Source: an uncultured Candidatus Saccharibacteria bacterium
GTDB taxonomy: Bacteria; Patescibacteriota; Minisyncoccia; UBA6257; GWB1-50-10
Length of the DNA: 64,000 bases
Reading direction: 5' to 3'
NCBI GenBank assembly: GCA_964357525.1
Contig: CAYHLH010000002.1
Location: 5,287-69,286, forward strand
A program made the translations under genes and the position numbers. The notes beneath the pieces were generated by a model that had not been told where the DNA came from, searched no databases, and saw only the letters and a list, made by a program, of their open reading frames with translations. How positions within the stretch are numbered: the first letter of the stretch is position 1; every line of letters begins with the position of its first letter. Shown one piece after another: positions 15,719 to 22,437 of this stretch.

Positions 15719-17179
15719 ATGAAAAATAAAAGGGAAATTGTATTTATTTTAGTCGGCGTGGCGTTCCTACTCTTCGTCCTTGTTTCCATGGGGGTGTTCC
15801 GGAATCTCGGGCAGCAGGTGGCCCAGGAGTTCTATGTGAACGCGAAGGGAGAGAAGTGGACGCTTCCGGACGGGAAGTACGAGTTCACGGTGAGCGCGAG
15901 CGGCTATCCGCGATTCCTAGGTGGAGTGATAGACCCCGTGAAAGTAAAAGTGGGAGATACGCAGACGATGACGGTCCGCGTCGCGAGCCCGGTGCCGATA
16001 GAGAGCGTCGTCGCTGAAATTCAAACGGACACAAAGACGCAGGAAATCGCGCTCACACTCGTGGAGAACAAGGCACTTTCGGGAGAGTATTTTGAAAACC
16101 AACCATACCTCATTGACGACAGCGGGGAGCTCATCATCAACAGGGCGAACTCAAGCTATGCGGAGAAGGCGATAAAGCAATTGGTCGCGAGCGCGGAGGC
16201 ACAATCCCTCGTAGAATATGTCTTTGAGGGCGAGTGGGTGGTAAACGACACGCATACGAAGCTTTACCACACGAAGTTCACGGCGACGGATGAGGACGGC
16301 AATGCCGACGAGCTCATTCTCGCGTGGTCCGACCCTGTGTGCAATTTTCTTACTGATGTTGATGGCACCGGATTACTTCAAGGAGACTGTTCAGTAACCA
16401 ACGGAGTTGAGGGTTTTGACGGGGCAAATCTTAGTTTGAATGGACATCAGGTAACTCTTTCCGGTACTTCCTCTCTCATCTGGAACGGGGATGCCGAAGG
16501 CAATCGGTCGCTCATCATAGGAGGGGGAAGCATCAGTATCGGCAACGGCACGCAGGTGAAGGAAGCGCTTCTGTGGTACACCGACCTTGATGCGGATACC
16601 TTTACGGCGGATTTGGGAACAATACACTACGAAGATTGTTCTCTGCCGCCGTGCCCGCAGAGGGTGCGCGTTAAAGATTCTCCATCGCGACCGTGGTTCA
16701 CTCCCGCCTTGGCAAACGGTCTTGACTGTCTCGACGACCCGACTATCGGGGATTTCAAGGCGGTTGACGTTCATCCCCAGCTTCCCGGGGAGGAGAAGTA
16801 TTTCGAGGATTTCTACAACGCGGGAGTGACAAACCCACAGAGTTACGACTACGACTGTTCCGGCGCGGCGACCGGAGGATGGGGAAATAATGTTCCCACC
16901 GATATAACCTCAACAACCCTCGTCTACTTCGACATAATAAGCGGCGGTGACGACCAGGGCGGCGGCAAGCAGTTATGCAATACAGGAGCGACCATAGAGG
17001 ATTTCTCTTCGTACTGCGGTACTCTCTCTCCTTCCACTTTCATACGGTGCGATGTTGGGCTCATTACCGGCGGTGGCGTGGGGAGCCCGGAGATTTTTCC
17101 TCCAGACCTTGAAAACGGATGGATGTACGGCACGTGCACCGAATGCATCGGCGTCTCGGTCGCCGGATTCTGCCACTGA
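15719..17179 (+). CDS. Secreted/membrane-anchored hypothetical protein with Cys-rich C-terminal region
   Basis: N-terminal signal anchor. C-terminus has multiple CxxC-like cysteines (CDVGLITGGGVGSPEIFPPDLENGWMYGTCTECIGVSVAGFCH). Confidence 0.55.
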   Translation: MKNKREIVFILVGVAFLLFVLVSMGVFRNLGQQVAQEFYVNAKGEKWTLPDGKYEFTVSASGYPRFLGGVIDPVKVKVGDTQTMTVRVASPVPIESVVAEIQTDTKTQEIALTLVENKALSGEYFENQPYLIDDSGELIINRANSSYAEKAIKQLVASAEAQSLVEYVFEGEWVVNDTHTKLYHTKFTATDEDGNADELILAWSDPVCNFLTDVDGTGLLQGDCSVTNGVEGFDGANLSLNGHQVTLSGTSSLIWNGDAEGNRSLIIGGGSISIGNGTQVKEALLWYTDLDADTFTADLGTIHYEDCSLPPCPQRVRVKDSPSRPWFTPALANGLDCLDDPTIGDFKAVDVHPQLPGEEKYFEDFYNAGVTNPQSYDYDCSGAATGGWGNNVPTDITSTTLVYFDIISGGDDQGGGKQLCNTGATIEDFSSYCGTLSPSTFIRCDVGLITGGGVGSPEIFPPDLENGWMYGTCTECIGVSVAGFCH

Positions 17180-17214
17180 TGAAGTATCCGAATTAGGTAG
17201 GAGTTACACAGCAT

Positions 17215-17250
17215 CAAAAAGCCCCCAAAAAGGGGGCTTTTGATTTTGAT
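17215..17250. terminator. Bidirectional terminator (CAAAAAGCCCCC-AAAAA-GGGGGCTTTTG)
   Basis: Perfect GC stem with A/T tracts on both sides. Confidence 0.6.
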
Positions 17251-17305
17251 TGAAATAAAGGCGGGGCCTCCAAACCCCGTCTTTTTCTTTACTTTTTAGA
17301 GTTGC

Positions 17306-17334
17306 TTGACGCCTATATTTGTGGTATAAACTAA
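17306..17334 (+). promoter_or_regulatory. Sigma-70-like promoter (TTGACG, 17-bp spacer, TATAAA) for the DUF397 gene
   Basis: TTGACGCCTATATTTGTGGTATAAACT read in sequence. The DUF397 gene has a strong SD (AGGAAGGAG) 7 nt before the ATG at 17428. Confidence 0.4.
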
Positions 17335-17427
17335 CAGTAGTTTTACATTAACAAACTTTGAGTGCCTGCTTGCGCATCTCATCCTTTCCGTAGGTTGGAA
17401 GGAATTTTAAAAGCAGGAAGGAGATTC

Positions 17428-17658
17428 ATGAAAATGAAAAAGCAATTTTCATTTCCGGTGGAGGACTCGGATTTCCAAACTTCGAGTTACACTCACCCCG
17501 GTGGGATAATTACCCGCTGTGTAAAAGTCGCCATAAAGAAAAAAGGCGTAGCTTTGCGGGACAGCAAGGATCCCGGTAATAAGACCTTATTCTTCAAGCT
17601 CGGCGAATGGAATGCCTTTATTAAAGGCGTTAAAGACGGCGAATTTGACCTTAAATAA
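17428..17658 (+). CDS. DUF397 domain protein
   Basis: FQTSSYTHPGGIITRCVKVAI...ALRDSKDPGNKTLFFKLGEWNAFIKGVKDGEFD matches the DUF397 signature (SSYS..CVEV...RDSKDP...F...W.AF..GVK.GEFD). Start set at the ATG with a good SD, not the track start at 17362. Confidence 0.6.
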   Translation: MKMKKQFSFPVEDSDFQTSSYTHPGGIITRCVKVAIKKKGVALRDSKDPGNKTLFFKLGEWNAFIKGVKDGEFDLK

Positions 17659-17748
17659 AATTGTGCCGTAGCGCTACGACATATATATGGGCATACTTGA
17701 TAGGTATGCCCTTTTGTCATTTAATTAATTCGATGGGAAGACCATAAT

Positions 17749-18324
17749 ATGGAAAAACCTCGGTTCTACATTTTACCCGGGTGGGGGCATAGGATTACCG
17801 ATAGAAACTATCGGAAGCTTATTTCCATTGTCTCCAAAAAGTACCTATTTACGCCGCTCGCGCTTTCCACGAGGAACAGGAAATATTCGCTGGGAGGCCC
17901 GGAGCCCGTCTCAACAATACTCAAAAAAATCGAGGAACAGATTGCCAAACCATGTGGGCGTGACGTAATCCTCGGATTCTCCGTGGGAGCCCTGCAGGCA
18001 TATCTCCTTGCGCGGCGGCTCGATTTCAAACATGCGATTTTGTGCTCTTTGAGTCCGGTGCTCGGCAAGGACATCCTGCTTTACCGCAAGAAAGAACTTT
18101 CGGATTTCTCCCTGGTTCAACGGCGGGAAATGAAGAAAATGAATTACCCCCCGCTTGCTACAAAAAAGGTGACGCTCCTGTATGGCGGAAAAGAGCACAT
18201 TACCGTGAAGAATAGGGCGAAGCGGTTGAGCAAGAGAAAAGGGTGGCGCGCAATCGAGATCAGAAATGCTGACCATGACCTTGGTGATGCATATCTGAAA
18301 GGCATAAAAAAGGTTTTACTATAA
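17749..18324 (+). CDS. Alpha/beta hydrolase fold protein (YqiA-like esterase)
   Basis: GxSxG nucleophile elbow (GFSVGA) and C-terminal His (ADHDLG). AT-rich. Confidence 0.5.
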   Translation: MEKPRFYILPGWGHRITDRNYRKLISIVSKKYLFTPLALSTRNRKYSLGGPEPVSTILKKIEEQIAKPCGRDVILGFSVGALQAYLLARRLDFKHAILCSLSPVLGKDILLYRKKELSDFSLVQRREMKKMNYPPLATKKVTLLYGGKEHITVKNRAKRLSKRKGWRAIEIRNADHDLGDAYLKGIKKVLL

Positions 18325-18372
18325 ATAAAAACTCCCGTATTTCTACGGGAGTTCAGGAGAAAAATGAAGTTA

Positions 18373-19275
18373 CTATCGTATCAGTATCATCTTCTTCGTA
18401 TCGGTGTAGTCCCCAGCCGTCAAGCGGTACAGGTATGTCCCGCTTGAGAACTTGTTTGCATTCCAGTCGATCTTGTAGCTTCCGGCTTCCATTTCCTCGT
18501 TCACCAGAACCTCGATTTCCTTTCCCAAGGCGTCATACACCGTGAGTGTCACGAGTTCCGGTTTTTGTATCCAGAATTCTATGTTCGTCAAGGGGTTGAA
18601 CGGATTGGGGTAATTCTGCTTGAGTTTGAATTCTTTCACCGTTTCGTTTTGTGGTTCCATACCCACTAGCGTCCTCTCAAAGTCGTCAATGATGGCCTCC
18701 CAAGTTGCCCCGCCGTTGGAGGAAGTAATGTACCAGTCAAGTATGACCGATGCATTTATGTTCTGTCCTCCTGGAGGATAAATAGTGACGAACTTTATCT
18801 TTAGTTTGTTGAACTGTTGGGGGAAGTTTTGTGGTACCACCCAAAGTCCAAGACCCCATGAGTTGAGAGAAGCCCTGCTAATGAAATAACCGCCAACTTG
18901 AGACCATGGATCGCTGTTTTTTTTCACATAAAAATACAGTTCCAATCCAACTACTGATGAAATTGGAGTAAGTTCAGTGGGTTTAATGCGTATGACGAAA
19001 AATTCTGCTTGAGTGGAACGATTTATCATCGTAGCAAGCGTTTTCTCGATTTCTATATATCCTTCATGAATTCCCACAATATTGAACTTCTGAGCCGAAT
19101 CGCCTTGCCCCCAGTGGTCACCGGTCATTTGTGAATTGTAAACCGTGATACCGCTATGCGTGCCGTTCGGCGCCCAGCCGTTTATGGGATTCATGTTGAT
19201 TTCATAAAGCAGGAATAGAAACCCCAAGATAAGTATCAACAAGGCTCCAAAAAAGATAATCTTTGTAGGTTTCAT
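18373..19275 (-). CDS. Secreted protein with a T9SS C-terminal sorting domain (second copy)
   Basis: C-terminus KQNYPNPFNPLTNIEFWIQKPELVTLTVYDALGKEIEVLVNEEMEAGSYKIDWNANKFSSGTYLYRLTAGDYTDTKKMILIR. N-terminal TM/signal. AT-rich. Confidence 0.7.
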   Translation of the reverse strand: MKPTKIIFFGALLILILGFLFLLYEINMNPINGWAPNGTHSGITVYNSQMTGDHWGQGDSAQKFNIVGIHEGYIEIEKTLATMINRSTQAEFFVIRIKPTELTPISSVVGLELYFYVKKNSDPWSQVGGYFISRASLNSWGLGLWVVPQNFPQQFNKLKIKFVTIYPPGGQNINASVILDWYITSSNGGATWEAIIDDFERTLVGMEPQNETVKEFKLKQNYPNPFNPLTNIEFWIQKPELVTLTVYDALGKEIEVLVNEEMEAGSYKIDWNANKFSSGTYLYRLTAGDYTDTKKMILIR

Positions 19276-19403
19276 TTCTGAAACCCTCCTTTCCAGTGAT
19301 ATTTAGTTTTTATTTATTCTGTCCTATTTATACCACGAAATACGGAGAAAAACAACCATTCTGTTCGAGTCCTTTTTCTACCCCTTTTTCAGCATTGAAT
19401 TTG

Positions 19404-19471
19404 CCCAGTAGTAGAACCGCGACAGCCCTTGCCGGAAAATGGTCGCAGTTCACTACTGGGTTTGCTATACT
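19404..19471 (+). promoter_or_regulatory. Type-A hairpin (CCCAGTAGTAGAACCGCGACAG...TCGCAGTTCACTACTGGG) followed by extended -10 TTTGCTATACT; a second TTTGCTATAAT box at 19498-19508 lies 8 nt before the ATG
   Basis: Inverted repeat with termini CCCAGTAGT / ACTACTGGG, read directly. Promoter boxes TGCTATACT and TGCTATAAT. Confidence 0.55.
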
Positions 19472-19516
19472 TATTACATAAGGTCAGAGATCGAAAGATT
19501 TGCTATAATAAAAGCA

Positions 19517-21430
19517 ATGAAAAATAAACTTCTCGTTTTTTCAGTCGGCGTACTTTCGCTTGCGGTGCTTTTCTCCGCAGGAGCGGTATTTGGGCAGGGA
19601 AGAAACAATACGTGGACCCCGCCCGCCCAGCAATTCCCGGCGGGGAATACAACGCCGCCGGTGGACGTGGGAGCAGAAAAACAAACGAAGGTGGGTGAGT
19701 TTACTGCAAGGGTTCTCGAATCAAGCAATAGTCTTGGTGGACCGGGTTTCATTCTTCAACCCAACACTTCCATACAATCCGGACAGAACACCTTCTTTCT
19801 TTCCACGGGAGGTTATTCCGTTCTGAATTCTTTGGGCCACATTTTCCTGAACTCCAACAGCGGGTCAATCCAAATCAACGCCCCGGCGGGGACTGCGAAC
19901 TTTTCCATCACGAAAGGACTCGTGCTCCCGAACTACACGACGACCCAACTTGGTACCGGGGTTCCGGCAGGAACTGTTACCTATAACCCTACGACCGGCG
20001 AATTATGGCTTTTCACCGGCGGAACGAATTGTAATGAACAGCAGGGGGGAATTTTGAATTCGGCTTCCGCACAGAGCGGGAGGTGCTGGGTGAAAGTCGC
20101 CACGGGCAGCCTGAATGTCAATACGTACTGGCAGCCGGTGGGTACTGGAAAGATCCATTACGACAACAATGTGGGAATCAACACGGGAACTGCTGAGCCG
20201 CGCGGGCCGTTGGACATCGTGAGCGGCGCGGACAACAAACCTGCGTACTTCTCAAGCGCCAAGGGGTTGGTGCTCCCGAATTATACGACGGCACAGTTGG
20301 GGAGCGGTGTGCCCGCTGGGACTATCACCTGGGATAACACGACAGGGAAATTGTATGTTTTAAAAACACAAACAGGAGGATCGAAAGCGCCAGGGTTGGT
20401 AGGCGAAGCGAACGCGCAGGTCGGTGGAACGTGGGTTGAGATTGGCGCGGGCGGGCAGCCCACGAACGTGTTCTGGCAAGCGGGAACGGGAGGTGCCATT
20501 CATTATCCGGGAGGCAATGTCGGTATCGGGACGAACGCTCCTGCTATCAATCTCGCCATCGGCGATACCGACACCGGTCTCAAGTGGATAAGTGATGGCA
20601 ATCTCGCGGTTTATACGAACAATGCGGAGAGGATGAGGGTTGATTCAAGCGGTAGCGTCGGCATCGGCACGAGCATGCCGACGGCGAAGCTTGACGTGGT
20701 TGGCAGCGCGAAATTGACGGGGGATGTCACGCTTGCTCCTTCGGGACAGTCGGCATATACCGTGAAAAACAGCGCGGGGACCATTGGGCTCTACAACGGC
20801 TCGAACGCGGTGAACTTCAGCGTGGGGCAGGACGGCGTCGTGCTCGTGAAGGACAGAATTGCCGCGCAGGGGACGACGCTCCAAATAGTGGGGTCATCGG
20901 GAAGCGAGAGTGTGCTCAAAGTGGGAGGTACGTATGGAGGCACGTTCCGGCCCGGCAGGGTGGAAATCGCGCATCCGAACGGTACGGACACGATATCTCT
21001 GAAGCAGGAATACGGGAAAACACTTTCTATCAGCGAGCCGGGGAATAATAAGACGCTCAAAATAAATCTTGATAACGTTTTGGCCACAAGCTGTTTCAAC
21101 GTGAACGGCGTTGATCCGCACAGATTTTTGAAAGTGGACGCGAACGGGTGGCTCGTCTGCGCCGATCTTCCCAATTCAAGTCCCACGGTGCAGATTTTCC
21201 CTGCGCCAGGTAGCAATCCGCTTGCGGGCGACAATATGATAGATCTTGGGAACAACTGGTCACTTTGTTCGCTCTCGTGGATGGAGTCTACCGGAGGTCC
21301 GGGCGGGGATCCGTTTCGTCCAACCGGCTGCGAAGTCGGAAAGAACACTGGCAATAATCAGTGGTATCTGCGGGCGATCAAGAACGGCGAATGGAACGCC
21401 CGATGTAAGGCCACGTGCGTGAGATTTTAA
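19517..21430 (+). CDS. Large secreted repeat protein (tail-fibre/adhesin-like), two copies of the motif GLVLPNYTTxQLGxGVPAGTxT...TTG(E/K)L
   Basis: Signal peptide MKNKLLVFSVGVLSLAVLFSAGAVFG. Internal near-identical repeats at about residues 130-165 and 250-285. Gly/Thr/Asn-rich. Start chosen at the ATG after the TATAAT box (track start 19439 lies inside the hairpin). Confidence 0.55.
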   Translation: MKNKLLVFSVGVLSLAVLFSAGAVFGQGRNNTWTPPAQQFPAGNTTPPVDVGAEKQTKVGEFTARVLESSNSLGGPGFILQPNTSIQSGQNTFFLSTGGYSVLNSLGHIFLNSNSGSIQINAPAGTANFSITKGLVLPNYTTTQLGTGVPAGTVTYNPTTGELWLFTGGTNCNEQQGGILNSASAQSGRCWVKVATGSLNVNTYWQPVGTGKIHYDNNVGINTGTAEPRGPLDIVSGADNKPAYFSSAKGLVLPNYTTAQLGSGVPAGTITWDNTTGKLYVLKTQTGGSKAPGLVGEANAQVGGTWVEIGAGGQPTNVFWQAGTGGAIHYPGGNVGIGTNAPAINLAIGDTDTGLKWISDGNLAVYTNNAERMRVDSSGSVGIGTSMPTAKLDVVGSAKLTGDVTLAPSGQSAYTVKNSAGTIGLYNGSNAVNFSVGQDGVVLVKDRIAAQGTTLQIVGSSGSESVLKVGGTYGGTFRPGRVEIAHPNGTDTISLKQEYGKTLSISEPGNNKTLKINLDNVLATSCFNVNGVDPHRFLKVDANGWLVCADLPNSSPTVQIFPAPGSNPLAGDNMIDLGNNWSLCSLSWMESTGGPGGDPFRPTGCEVGKNTGNNQWYLRAIKNGEWNARCKATCVRF

Positions 21431-21574
21431 ATTAGCTTCATTTCAGCCGAAGGCTGGTCCGCCTTTGGCGGAAGCTTCATAGTAAGAAAGTCCGCCCCCG
21501 CCATGGCGGGGTCGGACTTTCTTTAATATGGTTTGACCAAGATTGAGGAACGGTAGAATATAAGAATATAACCT

Positions 21575-21925
21575 ATGGAAATAAAAATAGTGAAAGATCA
21601 TATAACCGCGGAAGAGTTAAAAAAAATGGCGAGCGAGGGGTTTGGCGATCTCGTGAAAGCGGTCGTTGATGTGAGTCAGAAAATCATGGCGGTGGGCGGA
21701 GAGCTTCACGCCGATGAAGAGATAATGCTCGTGGAAAAAGAACATTCGCGTCGTGAACATACATGGGGAATTAATATTTACCCCGCGAGGCCGGAGAAGG
21801 AACGGCTTGAATTTGATTCCATGATTAACTTGAAGCCGATGTCCGGCAACCGGTCGCGGGATGTGGAAAGCCCGGATACGAGAGAGAAGATACGAGAAAT
21901 CGTAGCAAAACTTGTACGCGGGTAA
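21575..21925 (+). CDS. Small conserved hypothetical protein (possibly DUF5674-like)
   Basis: 116 aa, MEIKIVKDHITAEELKKMASEGFGDLVKAVVDVSQKIMAVGGELHADEE... Family assignment from memory only. Confidence 0.45.
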   Translation: MEIKIVKDHITAEELKKMASEGFGDLVKAVVDVSQKIMAVGGELHADEEIMLVEKEHSRREHTWGINIYPARPEKERLEFDSMINLKPMSGNRSRDVESPDTREKIREIVAKLVRG

Positions 21926-21926
21926 T

Positions 21927-22256
21927 ATGGCGCTAATCCATAAAAATCTGGCAGAGGGGAGGTGGTACGAGCTGTCTTTCGCGGAGCAGTTGGGGAACAT
22001 TGGAAGCGAGGTATTGCGCGCCTCGCGTCGGCAATTGAAAGACAACACACTTTTCTGGGGCGCGGTTTTTCGCGCGCTGGAACTTTTTGATTTGACCCTT
22101 GGCGATCCGCGCTGGGCAGGGCGCCGTTACGAAATCGCCCGCGCCAGAGAGGTATTTTGCGATGCCGTATACGGAGGAAAACTGTACAAAAGTTCATTGT
22201 CCGATTTAATTCCTTATTTTGACAGTTTCGCGCTTGCGGCAAGAAATAAATTATAG
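21927..22256 (+). CDS. Small hypothetical protein, adjacent to (1-nt gap) the previous gene
   Basis: ATG 1 nt after the stop of the 21575 gene. Helical, no recognised motif. Confidence 0.4.
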   Translation: MALIHKNLAEGRWYELSFAEQLGNIGSEVLRASRRQLKDNTLFWGAVFRALELFDLTLGDPRWAGRRYEIARAREVFCDAVYGGKLYKSSLSDLIPYFDSFALAARNKL

Positions 22257-22289
22257 GTCAGATAGATAATAGTCTGTAAAGGAAATTTG

Positions 22290-22430
22290 CCCAGTAGTAG
22301 CACTGCGACACATTTTGCGCCTCCAGTGGATTTTTCAGAAAACATCGGAATGGCGTTATAAAATAATATATTCAACTGTATCAATGACATGTTAGAGGCA
22401 GTCGCAGTCCACTACTGGGTTTGCTATACT
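22290..22430 (+). promoter_or_regulatory. Type-A hairpin (CCCAGTAGTAGCACTGCGACA...CAGTCGCAGTCCACTACTGGG, loop of about 90 nt) followed by TTTGCTATACT; ATG of the downstream gene lies 7 nt after the -10 hexamer
   Basis: Inverted-repeat termini identical to the 19404 copy. A leaderless arrangement is predicted. Confidence 0.55.
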
Positions 22431-22437
22431 TAATATA

